From NCBI RefSeq assembly GCF_009834535.1, contig NC_045704.1, positions 18,724,001 through 18,788,000 of the forward strand: a DNA stretch of 64,000 nucleotides, in the 5' to 3' direction. The translations under genes and the position numbers were made by a program. Shown here piece after piece: positions 1-12,659 of the stretch (its first letter is position 1; every line of letters starts with the position of its first letter). The stretch is from Camelus ferus (Eukaryota). The notes below the pieces were generated by a model. That model was not told the DNA's origin and searched no databases. It saw nothing but the letters and a program-made list of their open reading frames with translations.

Positions 1-24
1 GAATTAAAGAATTTTTTAAATTTA

Positions 25-139
25 TTTTTTGAGTGGGGAGGTAATTAGGTTTATTCATTTATTTGTTTTTAGAGGAGGTACTGGGGATTGAACCCAGGAC
101 CTCATGCATGCAATCTACCACTTGAGCGATGCCCTCCCC
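25..139 (-). mobile_element. Camelid tRNA-derived SINE (Vic-1-like)
   Basis: Reverse complement of the GGGGAGGG...CTCAAGTGGTAGA...GGTCCTGGGTTCAATCCCCAGTACCTCC head plus A-rich tail. Confidence 0.8.
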
Positions 140-3093
140 ACAAGACATTTTTAAATGAAGAAAACTAAGAGAATCTGTTATCAGCAAGCCTGTATTAAAA
201 GTTCTGCTGAAGTTCTATAAATAAAAGAAAATAAAAACCAAAGGAAACTTAGAATATCAGGAATGAAGAAAGGCTGATGAAATGAGCAAATATGCAGGTA
301 AATATAATAGACTATTCTTCTCTCAAGTGTTGTTTTTTTCCTTTTTCTTATTTCCCATTTATCTTTGGCTCTGGGGACAATGTCATCTTTTCAGTATGAA
401 AATAAACAGCAAGTTTGACACAAAATAGAAATCTGAAGTGAATAGGACAAAACCCAGGATAGTGGGGAAAAGGCAAGAGCAAAAGTAAGAGATGAGATGT
501 TGCCAAGAGATAGAGGGTGTTCTGTCCCCTCTCGGGGGATTGACAAACATTTAGGTGGCAGGACACACGTATCCATATATGTACAGAAGGGCTGGTGTTC
601 ATTTTTTGTGTGTGTGTACAAAAGGATGGGGTTGAGGAGGGCCTTTCTGGATGCTTAGGGACCAAAGCTAGTCTCTCTCTTGCTCCTCTTCACCCTCTTC
701 TCCACTTAGAGGAAAGGAAGGAAGGAATCCAACATATGAAGAAGGTAAAGTGGGAGAGGGAAGGATCCCCCTTAACAAGGTGGGGTCAGATCCCTGCAGA
801 AGGAGCAGCTCAGGACAGAGTTTGGCTCCTGTCAAGTTTTCAAAATAACATTAGATGTTTGAAAGCAAATTCTACTACTGTCCAGTGTAATTCTAAGTAT
901 ATTTAAAGAGACATTTAAGAGTTTATGTACTTATAAAGCAGAGAGAGTAAAGAGACCTAAATAGTGATAAGGTTCCTCATTTCATTTGAAGTGATAAAAT
1001 GTCAACACTATTATGCTGTGGTAAGTTATATGTATATGAGTGGAAAAAGATATAACAGAGAAATCTGGAGTGCCAATATAAATACTAGATAAAACAGACT
1101 TTAGGAAATTATTAAGAAAATTATCAGAGGCAGAGAAGAACACTACATAATGATAATAGGGTCAATATACCAAGGAAACAAAACAATACTAAATGTGTAT
1201 GCACCAACTAACAGAGCTTCAAAATACAGTAAGCAAAAACCAAAGCATAGAAAGGAGAAATAGAAAAATGCACAATTATAGTGGGGTACTTCAGTATCTC
1301 TCTCAGAATGACTAGATGCAAAAATCAGCAAGGATATAGAAGACTGAACAGTACCATCAACCAACAGGATCTAACTGACATTTGTAGAACATTCCACCCA
1401 ACAACTAGAATATACATTCTTTTCGAGGGCACGTGGAACATTAAACAAGATAGCTGTATCCCAGCTTATAAAATCAATGTCAACAAACTTAAAAGAATTA
1501 AAATAATATAGAATATATTTTCTGACTATGATGGAGTCAAACTAGAAATTAATACAGAAAGACAGCAGGAAAATTTCCAAACACTTGGAAATTAAATAAT
1601 GTATTCCTGAACAATCCATGGGTCAAAGAAGAAATCTCAAGGCACATAAAAAATATGCTGAACTGAATGAAAATGAAAATACACTGTATAAAAATTTATG
1701 AGATACAGCTAAAGCAGTGCTTAGAAATTTATAGCATTAAATACTTATCCTGAAAAATATTGTTTCAAATCAACAATTTAAGCATCCTCAAGAAACTAGA
1801 AGAAGAAAAGCAAAATAAACCCAAAGCAAACACAAGGAAATAAATAAGAAGGATAAGAATAAAGATAAAATAACCAGAAAAACAATAAGGGCAATCAATA
1901 AAGTAAAAAGCTGGTTCTTTAAAAGTATCATAAAATTGATAAAGTTTTAGCAAGACTGAAGAATTAAAAAATGGATAAGACACCAATGACCACAATCATC
2001 AATGAAAGAAGAGATATCACTGCATACCTCACAGGAAATAAGGGACTACTACAAGTAATTCTAAGCATATACGTTCAACAACTTAGGCAAAATCTCAAAA
2101 ACAACACACTACCAAAGTTCACCTAAGATCAAATAGGTAATATAAAAATCTTAACCATTGAAGAAATTTAATCTGTAATTTAAAAAACTTCCAAGAAAGA
2201 AATCAACAGACCTGGACGGTTTAACTGTAGAATTATACCAAATATTAATTCAAGAAAGAATTAACACCAATTCTTCACAATAGCTTCCAGAAAATAAAAG
2301 AGGAGGCAACAGTTTCCAATTCGTTTTATAAAGCCAGGATTGCATTTCATCCCAAAGCAAGATAAAGATAGAACAAAAACAGAGAAAAGAAAAGAAAAGA
2401 AAAAAGAAGAGGAAATCAACTACGCTTCAATTAAAAAAAAAAAAAAAGGAAACTGTAGATCAGTATTCCTCATGAATATAGACCAAAAGAATAAAACCCT
2501 CAAAAATTAGCAAATTGTATCTGGCAATAAAAATACATATAAAAAGGTAGTATAAATCCAGAAAAAATGAAAATAGAAACTCAGAAAGATACTTGTATGC
2601 CTATGTTTATAGCGGCATTATTCCCAGTAGCCAAAGGTGGAAAAAAGCCAGAGGTCTTGTTTCTCACCCTAAAGTGGGAACAGATGAATGGCTAAACAAA
2701 ATGTGGTATATACATATAATGGAATGTTATTCAGCTATAAAATGGAATTACATTCTGATATCTGCTACAACACGGATGAACCTTGAAAACATTATGCTAA
2801 GTGAAATAAGACAGACGTAAAGAACAAATATTGTATCGGTTCCTACTTATAGGAAATATCTAGGACAGGCAAGTTCATAGATACAGAAAGTAGCAGGTAA
2901 CCAGGATTGGGAACATGGGAGAAAGAGGAATTATTGCTTAATGCGTACAGAGTTTCTGTTTGGGGGGTTGAAAAAATTTTGAGAATAGTGGTGATCGTTG
3001 TACAATATAGTGATTTTATTTAATGCCACTGAACTGTATACTTAAAAATATTTATAATAGAAAATTTTACTATATATATATCTATCCATCTCT

Positions 3094-3094
<1 letters not shown>

Positions 3095-3145
<51 letters not shown>
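3095..3145. repeat. (TATC)n tetranucleotide microsatellite
   Basis: About 12 consecutive TATC units are visible. Confidence 0.95.
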
Positions 3146-3835
3146 TTGTATTTATCTTTTTAACCACAGTTAAGGTGGGGGAAAACTGGAAAAACAGAAG
3201 TCCAAAGCAAATAAAGATGTTTTATATTTTTTAAAAAATCATATGCAATGACCAAGTGGAGATTTATTCCATGAATGCAGGTTCAATATTTGAAAATCTA
3301 TCAGTGGAATCTACCATCTTAACAGACAAAAGAAAAAAAAAAGTCGTATGATTGTATCAATCAATGCAGAAAAGGTATTTGACAAAATCTAACATCCATT
3401 CCTGATTGAAAACTCTCAGCAACCAAGGAATAGAGGGAAACTTTTTCGACCTGATAAAGAAAATCAGTGAGAATCCTTCAGGTAATCTCACAACAGTGAA
3501 ATACTGAATGTTCTTCACCTTAAAATCAGGTAAGGATGCCCATTCTCGCCATTCTGTGGTGAAGTACAGATAATATCAAATTTACCATCTTAACCATTAT
3601 TAAGGGTGCAGTTCAGTAGCATTAAGTACATTCTCATTGTTGTGCTGTCATCATCGGCATCTATCCACAGAACTCTTTTTATCTCGCAAAACTGAAACTC
3701 TGTAAGCAGTAACTCCCCATTCCCCCTTACGCCTTGCCTCTGGCAACCACCACTCCACTTTCTATCTCTATGAATCTGACCACTCTGTGGCACCTCACAT
3801 ACAAAGAATCATACAGTATTTGGCCTTCTCTGACC

Positions 3836-3974
3836 NNNNNNNNNNNNNNNNNNNNNNNNNNNNNNNNNNNNNNNNNNNNNNNNNNNNNNNNNNNNNNNNN
3901 NNNNNNNNNNNNNNNNNNNNNNNNNNNNNNNNNNNNNNNNNNNNNNNNNNNNNNNNNNNNNNNNNNNNNNNNNN
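3836..3974. other. N-run (gap or mask). Others at 10954-11138, 11392-11538, 11580-11793, 15429-15602, 30356-30505 and 44521-44652.
   Basis: Read directly from the sequence; all seven lie within or beside interspersed repeats. Confidence 0.99.
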
Positions 3975-4410
3975 AAGAGTGCAGACATTTTGGAAAAGGA
4001 TCGGGGAACGGCCTTGGGCAAAATGGGCTTGGAAGCTTTGATCAGTAGCAGGTGGCTTCGTGGTGGCTGTCAGGAATAGGAAATGCTTCTGTGAGGGGAA
4101 AGGATTTTCTGCCAGAAAGTACAGGAACAGATAAGGTTAAAATTTACAGTTGAGTTTCTGGCAACTCGGTATAATCATTAGTGTAACAGAGATAAAGTTA
4201 ATCTTTTATTCCTGTGAGCCTGCTTTTTGTCTCTGGGACTCAGGCCCCCAGGGCCTTTGTTCTTTAGCTTCCAAGCTGTAACAAAAGTTAAAAATAAGAT
4301 AGAGATAATTCCTTCTTTTCCTTGGTTGCGAGTATTCTCAATCAGGATTGGATGTTAGATTTGGTCAAATGCCTTTTCTGCATTGATTGATATGATCACA
4401 TGACTTTTAT

Positions 4411-4631
4411 CAAATGTTATTCTCTGTTTTGCAACTTTTATTGAATGGAAAAGTGTTACCTCTTTACAGGTCACAGCCTTAGAGAGTGGGTTACCCTCTG
4501 TATTTCAGGCTATAGGTAACTTTTTTTACAAGTTGAAGAGCCAGTGTGACGAAACACAGGAAACAGAGCACAAAGTTTAGCGCTAAAGGAATAGATTCAA
4601 TATGGAGTCAGGTTTGTTCTTCTCTTTTACA
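4411..4631 (-). mobile_element. Partial ERV1-class LTR (5' part), same family as 18249-18748
   Basis: Colinear similarity to 18520-18748, for example GGAAACAGAGCACA and AATATGGAGTCAG.TTTGTTCTT...TTACA. Confidence 0.7.
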
Positions 4632-5316
4632 GAAAGACATCAAAGGAGAAATAAATAAAGGTAAAGATACATGGTGTTAATGAACTGGTATGTTCAGTGT
4701 GGTAAAGATGTCAGTTCTCCCCAAACTGATCTGTGAGTCAATGCAAAGCTTATGTATATACAAGCTTATCTTGAAATTTATATGGAAAAGAAAAGGAATT
4801 AGAACAGCTAAAAGTATTAAAAATTAAAAAAAAAGAGGAATCACACTACCTGATTTGAAGACTTATTAGATAGTGACAGTAATCAAGACAGTGTGGTACT
4901 GAAACACAGATGCAAATCAGTGGAACAGAAAAGAGAACCCCAAATTGGAGCCACGTAAGTATGCCCAAATGAATTTTGACAAAAATTGAAAAACAACTCA
5001 ATAAAGGAAGGGTAGTCTTTTTAACAAATGGTGCTGGAACAACTGGACATTAATAGACGAAAATATGAACCTTGACCTGAACCTCACACCTTATACAAAA
5101 ATTAACTCAAAAAGGGTCATAGATCTTCATGTAAAAGGTAAAACGGTAAACTTTTAGAACAGTGGAGAAAATCCTCACGACATGGGGTTAAGCAGAGTTC
5201 TTAGACTTGACACCAAAAGCACTATCCTTTAAAAAAACAAAAAATATCAATTGGACTTCATCAAAATTAAAAACTTTTACCCTGTGAGAGGCTCTGTTCA
5301 AAGGATGAGAAGATAA

Positions 5317-5446
5317 GGAGGTGGGGAATATAGCTCAGTGGTAGAGCACATGCTTAGCCCGCATGAGGTTCAATCCCCAGTACCTCTACTAAAAACAAAC
5401 AAACAAACCTTATTACCTCTCCCACTGCTGCCCCCTCTCCAAAAAA
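5317..5446 (+). mobile_element. Vic-1-like SINE inserted in L1 with a 13-bp target-site duplication
   Basis: Head ATAGCTCAGTGGTAGAGC...TTCAATCCCCAGTACCTC; TSD GATGAGAAGATAA at 5304-5316 and 5447-5459. Confidence 0.85.
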
Positions 5447-8400
5447 GATGAGAAGATAAAAGCTGGAATGAAGCTACTGGCTGGAAGACAGTATTTGCAA
5501 ACCACATATCCATCATTTATCTAGAATATATTTTGAAACTCAAAACTCATCAGTTAAAAAAAACCCCAAAAATCCAACTGGAAAATGGACAGAGAACATT
5601 GACATTTCATCAAACAGTATATTCAGGTGGCCAGTGAACATAAGAAAAGATGTCAGCATCACTAGCCATTAGAGAAATGCAAATTAAAATCATGATGAAA
5701 TACCACTACACACCCATTAGCCTGACCTAACCATAATAATACTGATAGGATTAAATGCTGGTGAGGATTCGAAGAAACTGGTAACTCTCCGACATTGCTG
5801 GTGGGAATGTAAAGTGGTACAGCCACTCTAGAAAACAGGTAGAGGTTTCTGAAAAAGTAAAGCACACACTTATGTCACATGACTCACCAGTCACACTCCT
5901 GGGCTTTATCCTAGAGATATAAAAATGCATGTTCACACGAAAACCAGATATGAATGTTCATAGCAGCTTTAATAGCCCATATAACTATTCAATACTAGCT
6001 AAACTAGTTAATATTAATAGTTTGTAGTAGCCTCAAACAAGAAACAATCCATATGTCCTTCAACTGGTAGTTAATATTCCATTGTTGGCACTTCCATACA
6101 ATGGAATAATACTCAGCAATAAAAAAGAAGGAATTATTGTAGTGATACAACAATTTGGGTGGATTTTAAGGGTCTTTTGTTGAATGAAAAAAGCCAATCT
6201 CAAAATGTTACATACTGTAGGATTTCATTTATATAATGTTCTTGAAATGACAAATTATAGAGATGGAGAGCAGATTAGTAGTTGTCAAGGGTAACAGAAG
6301 AGGAGGGAAGGTGTGACTATATAAAGGGGTGGCACTTGGGCATTTCTTTGCATTGAGGAGACAATTCTGTATCTTGAGTGTGGTACTTATACATGTGATA
6401 AAATGTCACGGAATTATACACAAAGTCCAGAAAAAAAAAAAAAGAGGACATTGGAAAGATAGTGAAGTCCCAATAAAATCTGTGGTCTCGTTAATTGCAT
6501 TGCAACAATGTCAATTTCCTAGTTTGAGACGGTGCTATAGTTCTGTAATGATGGGTGCAGGGAGCCTCAATGTAGTATTTTTTTTTTTTGCAACTTCTTG
6601 TAAGACTAAGTAGTATTGTAAAACTTTAGAAATTTTTATTTTCTTGTGTACTATGTACTATATGTACTAAAATGTACTGAAAGAAAAATGATTCCATGTG
6701 TATTTTTCCATTCAGCTTATACTCTTTTCCCCTTCTTTCCACACCTTTCCCCTCCCTTTCCACCCCTCCCTTCCCCACTCCAACCCCCTTAGATATCCAT
6801 TGCTAACTCACAGCTTTTTCTGTACGCTTATATCAAATGCAGGTTCACGCACATATTCTCACTAGCTTTTACAAGCGTGGTGTCAATCATATGTTTTCCT
6901 GCAATTTGCTTTTCTCAGTTTTGTAATATTCTTGGAAACAGGCTATCTTGTCCTGGGTGGTCCGGGTAGATCTGGGGAAGGATTAAGGGGAAGGCATAGG
7001 TCCCCAGATGGGGGTGGGAAAAGCTGAGTCCAGGACCCTCATTGGGGTCTCAGCCTCTCTTTTTACTGCCCTTCCCTCCCTCAGTATCTGCCGGGCCCCC
7101 TCAAAATCTCTGGTGTGTCTCTCAGAACCCCGCAATGCAGGAGGGGGAACCCAAGAGACAAACACAGGGCTTATTTTCAAGGGCAGAGGTTGGGTGACAG
7201 GCAGAAAGAGCAAACCTCGGTTCTGTTGGGAGTAGAGGAGGTGGACTGGCTCCAACACCTTGCCCTGCAAAACCTCAGTCCCACCCCCAGATTCCAACCC
7301 CAGGGGACCTCCATCTTCTACACAACCCACTGCTTGCCTATCCCTCCCTCACAGGTCTGAGAGATCCCACTGGCCCCACATCCCTGCCCTGCCCTGAGGT
7401 CCGCAGCCATGCTTTTCCCTGCCCCAGGGTGTCCAGAAGCCCTGAGGAACTTTGAGGGGTCCTGGGTAGGAAACAGGAAGCCCCTGCTGGCAAAAAGGAT
7501 ACAGAAGAGGGGACAAGGGGAGAGTAAGTGAAGGGGAAAAGATGAAAAAGGACAGAGGTGGAGGGTTAAAGGTGAAGGGGGACATGTATGAGGAGTGACT
7601 GAGAGGCGACAGGTGGGCAAGGAAGGTGAGAGGAGCCTGGACTAGGTAAGAATGTGATGAGAGAATTGGTGAAGGGGGCAGGGTGCTGGGATAGTGAGTG
7701 GAAGAGCTGAGGGGAAGTTAGGGGAGGGAGAGAGGTGAGGGGAGACAGGTTAGAGAGGCTGGGGAGGCGGTGAGCTGGGTGAAAGGACCAGGTGAGGCTG
7801 CCAGGTGAGGCAGGAGAGCTGGCATGCCCATTGCACTCTCCTCCCTCTCTCTGAATTGCTCATTGCCTGTGCCCACCCCCTGAGCCACCCAAGTGTGTCT
7901 CCTCACACATCTCTCTTCAACCTGACCCTGTGGGTCTCCTCACTAATCACCTGTCCCCCTGTCCTGCTCAGTCTTGCCCCCACATATACCCATCCTGTAA
8001 ACTCCCCCAACTCCTCACTTGCTAAACAGGTCCCAGCTTTCAGGTGCGGCAGGAGCCATGGCCCACTGAGTCCCTAAGAATTCTCTCTTCTCTTCTCTCA
8101 TCAGATATTAATGAGCCCCTACTGTGTGCCCAGGATGATCAAGTTTACTGCCTTAGTCCCTGGGGGAGAGGGTCTGAGGATAGCAGTGGGGTGAGAGGGG
8201 TTCTCAGCCCACAGCATGAGGGATGGAGGGGAGAGGGTGGGCCTCAGTAGTAAGAGCTACCACTGCTTCCTCCCAACGAGGGAGAGTGTGAGTCCACAGA
8301 GGACCTGGGAGGGGCGTGTTGGCAGTGGGAGCACCGGAGTTGAGGCTTTAGCAGGCAAGTGGGAACTCATAAACCACAGTGCCTACAGTTGAATGCTTAC

Positions 8401-9597
8401 CCTATACTAGGCACTACTCTAAATATGTCACTTGTGTTATTCCCCCTAAATCCTCAGAACAGTCTTAGGAAGTCAGACATATTTATTTATATTTCCCATT
8501 TTCCAGGTAAGGAAACTGAGCCACAGAAAAGTAAAGTAAACTGCCCTAGGCCACACAGCTCACAGGTGGTGGAGTCACATTCAAACTCAGGTCTGCCTGG
8601 CCCCAGAGCTTGCCTTCTTAAGCTTCATGGGGGAGACTTGCAAAGGTGGTGGCCTCTGCTCTCTTGGATGCTTGGCGACTAGAACCTCATGACACAGCAG
8701 TCTTTCCCAGGTGTGCAGGCCCCTGAGGGTGCCACCTGGACCAGGACTGGACCTGTGGTTCTGCCTGTTGGATGGACAGACCGAAGGGATAAAGATATGG
8801 CAGGGAGAGGGGAGTCACGGCTGGGCCATGGATTGGGGCAGATGGATGGATGGATGGATGGACATTGATCAGGGGAGGGAGGTCTGCCTCATCTAGCTTT
8901 GCCTCTAACTCCTGGCTGTGGAAAGGGTTGGCACTTCTCTATGGTTGTATTTCTCCTCAAGTCTGTGTCCCGCTTTGGGTAAGTCTGGGTTCAGCTTTTG
9001 ATTTCTTGGGTCTCAGTCTCTGGTGCTTTGCCGCTGTCTGTTTCCTATCTGACCTCTGTCTGGGTGTCTGCTTCTCCATTTCAGTCTGTTTCCATGCTTT
9101 CATTGATATCTCCATGGCTCCTAGGGTCCCAGGGGGGCAGGTTTTAGCCTTGCTCAGTGTTTTTCAGCCTCAGCTGCATGTTAGAAACACCTTGGGAGTT
9201 GATAATAATCATAACAAAATAGCAAATATTTATTTGGTGTATCTTCTATACTAGACACTGTTAGACTTCTGTTAACTCATTTAATCCTGACTGTGACCTT
9301 ATGAGGTAGATATTAGTATTACCCTCATTTACAAATGAGGAAGCTGAGACCTCAAGAAGACACTTCCCAAGCTCATAGTTAATAATAGGCAGAACTGGGA
9401 TTGAACTCAGTGCTCCTTAAACTTTAACATATGTCTGAATCACCTGGGGCTATTGTTAAAATGCAGATTTCTGATTCAGTAGGTTGCATCTGAGATCCTG
9501 CATTACTAACACCTCCCAAGGTGATGCCAATGGTCCATGGACCACACTTTGAGAAGCAATATTTTAACCATTACATGTTACCACTCTCAGTACAGAG

Positions 9598-9776
9598 CAG
9601 TGGTTCTCAAAGTGTGGTCCTTGGAGCAACAGCAGCAGCTCCATCTGGGAACCTGTTAGAAATGCAAATTCTCTGAGCTACACTGAATCAGAAATTCTGG
9701 CCGTGGGGTCCAGCAATCTATAGTTTAGCAAGACTTCCTGCTGATTCTGCTGCACATTAAAGTTTGAGAACCACTG
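9598..9776. mobile_element. MER5A-like hAT-Charlie MITE (a second MER5-like fragment lies at ~9420-9570)
   Basis: Terminal inverted repeats CAGTGGTTCTCAAA...TTTGAGAACCACTG, ~180 bp long. Confidence 0.8.
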
Positions 9777-10559
9777 ACAGAGTGCAAGAATCAAAACCAA
9801 TCAAATCTCTAGGATTGCAGCCCCAATGTTGGTGCCTCTAGACTTCCCTAGGTGATTGTAAAGCAAGCCAAGGCCGTGACCCACCAGGTTGGCTGGAGGG
9901 AGAATCCTAGTTTGTGTGAATAAAGCAAATACACCAGCTGAATTTGGAATTTGCTGGCAGGGTTTGGGCAGGCCTGGGGAAGCCCAGGTGGGTGGTGGCC
10001 AGGAGATGATAAATGGGAGATGGAATTTGGGAGTTCCAGAAAGGAGGCTAGAACAGGGAGCCTGGGATCCTTCTAAGACATCCTTGGGCTGGCAAATCCT
10101 TAGAACACATGGAATGGTGGCAAGGGAGGAAGTTGCTGTGAGTCACCTCTATTTTCTCTGTGAGGAACATAAAATTAGGGGGTAGATGTTTTGGGAGAAA
10201 TTGAGGCATGGTGGAGGGCTTTCTTGGCATCTCAGGGGACACATGTAGGGATTTTGGGGTGCCAGAACAAAGAGGATGGGTTTAGATGAGTTGTCTCAAC
10301 ACATCCCATAATAAATAATGATAACAGCAGTGTATGAAATGTGCTAAGTGCTCTATTCCCATGATTGTATAGACTCCCCATAACCCTATGCAGTAAGTAT
10401 TGCCCTCCTTTTCCTGTTGATGAAATTGAGGCTTCATTGTAACCCTCAAGTCATCCTTGATCTGTCTTTCTCTCTCTCACTTTCTCTGTCTGTTTCTTTT
10501 TCTTTCACACATAGTCCATGCTATTTTCAATTCATCAACAAATCCTGCTGGCTGTACTT

Positions 10560-11940
10560 TCTTTTTTTAAAAAAATTAATTAATTAGTTAATTAAGTTGA
10601 AGTGTAGTCGATTTACAATGTTGTGTTAATTTCTGGTGTACAGCAGGGTGATTCGCTTATACATACACATACACTCCTTTTCATATTCTTTCTCATTAGA
10701 GATTACTGCAAGATATTAAATATAGTTCCCTGTGCTATACAGTAGGGCCTTGTTGTTTATCTGTTTTATATATAGTAGTTAGTATCTACTAATCTAAAAC
10801 TCCCAATTTATCCCTCCCCATTCCCTTTCCATAAGTTTGTTTTCTATGTCTGTGAGTCTGTTCTGTTTTGTAAATAAATTCATTTGTGTCATATTTTAGA
10901 TTCCACATATAAGTGATACCATATGATATTTGTCTTTCTCTTTCTGACTGACTNNNNNNNNNNNNNNNNNNNNNNNNNNNNNNNNNNNNNNNNNNNNNNN
11001 NNNNNNNNNNNNNNNNNNNNNNNNNNNNNNNNNNNNNNNNNNNNNNNNNNNNNNNNNNNNNNNNNNNNNNNNNNNNNNNNNNNNNNNNNNNNNNNNNNNN
11101 NNNNNNNNNNNNNNNNNNNNNNNNNNNNNNNNNNNNNNCTCTTTTTTAAACAACAAAATCCAACATTTATTGAGCACTTATTATCTTCCAGCTACTATAA
11201 TCTGCTTCATTTAATTCTCATAATCACTACAAGAAGTAGGTGTTATTATTATTCCAACTTTATAGAAGAGGAAACTGAAGATCAGCAAAGTGAAGCAACC
11301 TACTCAAGGAAGGTCAAGTGATTTGTAAGTGGCACCGAGCTTTATATTCAAGACTGTGTTATGTATTTCATACTCTATTTCCCTCTGACCTNNNNNNNNN
11401 NNNNNNNNNNNNNNNNNNNNNNNNNNNNNNNNNNNNNNNNNNNNNNNNNNNNNNNNNNNNNNNNNNNNNNNNNNNNNNNNNNNNNNNNNNNNNNNNNNNN
11501 NNNNNNNNNNNNNNNNNNNNNNNNNNNNNNNNNNNNNNATCCTGTAGTGCTCCAGCAGTCACTCCCCATTTCCTCTCAANNNNNNNNNNNNNNNNNNNNN
11601 NNNNNNNNNNNNNNNNNNNNNNNNNNNNNNNNNNNNNNNNNNNNNNNNNNNNNNNNNNNNNNNNNNNNNNNNNNNNNNNNNNNNNNNNNNNNNNNNNNNN
11701 NNNNNNNNNNNNNNNNNNNNNNNNNNNNNNNNNNNNNNNNNNNNNNNNNNNNNNNNNNNNNNNNNNNNNNNNNNNNNNNNNNNNNNNNNNNNNATGGGTA
11801 GATTTTGTTTATTCATTCATTGATTGGTGGACTCTGGGGTTGTTTTCACTCATTGGCTGTTACGAATAATGCTGCTCTGAACATCGATGTACAACTTTTT
11901 GTGTGGATACATGTTTTCATTTCTATTGGCTATTGTGGCT
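10560..11940 (-). mobile_element. L1 3'-end fragments, partly N-masked, with an intervening MIR-like piece
   Basis: Typical antisense L1 3' UTR text (TTGAAGTGTAGTCGATTTACAATGTTGTG...; TTAGATTCCACATATAAGTGATACCATATG). Confidence 0.75.
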
Positions 11941-11943
11941 GAC

Positions 11944-12070
11944 TTTTTTTTTTTTTTTTGGTGGTAATCAGGTTTATTTATTTATTTATATTTAAGGGAG
12001 GTACTGGGGATTAAACACAGGACTTCGTGCATGCTAAGTATGCACTCTACCACTTGAGCTATACCCTCCC
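11944..12070 (-). mobile_element. Vic-1-like SINE
   Basis: T-tail followed by GGGAGGTACTGGGGATT...CTACCACTTGAGCTATACCCTCCC. Confidence 0.85.
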
Positions 12071-12659
12071 TGCTATGCTGGCTTTTGAACCAAAGCTTTT
12101 GTGGCTTCTGTGGCTTCCGAAGCATCTGATTGGTGGTGTCCAGGTCACATGTATACAGAAATACATTCCAGGAGAAAGGGAATCTGGGAGTGTGAGTTTT
12201 CTGCCTTTTACCTGAGGAAGCCTGAGTCTCACAATGTGGAGTTACCAAAATGTGAGAGGGTATTTTTATAAATTTTAAACGTCTTGCTTCTTGGTTCTGC
12301 ATTTACTGGTTTTGCCTGCTCTTTGATAACAGAGCTAGGCTTCCTACGCATTTCTCTTTGGCCTGTCAGGAAGGTGTCAGCCAGGCCAGTAGAGGGCGCC
12401 AGAGGTTGCTTGTAAGAGAAAGGGGCTTTCTCTCCTGGTTCTGGGGTGGGATTTTTTTTGTTTTTTGTTTTTTTCTCTTTCTTTTTGCCCCTGCTTGGTC
12501 TTGTGTGGTTTCTGCTGGCCGTATTACTGCAGGGTACAGCTTTCTCCACCTTCTCTGTGCTTTCTCTCTTGACTTCAGTGGCAGTAGGGTATCTGGGAGC
12601 CTCAGGCAGCCTGGGCTGTACCCTGACTGGTCACTGCTTTTACACCCTCTCCTCAGCCC

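Larger units (their letters stand above)
140..6620 (+). mobile_element. Mosaic of degraded L1 (LINE-1) pieces: ORF2 endonuclease/RT remnants and 3' UTRs, with nested insertions
   Basis: ORF 1281-1511 (LNSTINQQDLTDICRTFHPTT...VNKLKRIKII) resembles the L1 ORF2 endonuclease region. A-rich strand bias and L1 3'-end motifs at ~2560-3060 and ~5460-6620, plus an inverted L1 3' end at ~3560-3835. Confidence 0.85.

Noticed and set aside
3734-4048. ORFs containing X runs (also ~10896-11869 and ~15375-15683, ~30262-30724, ~44481-44693)
   Set aside because: Artefacts of translating through N-runs.
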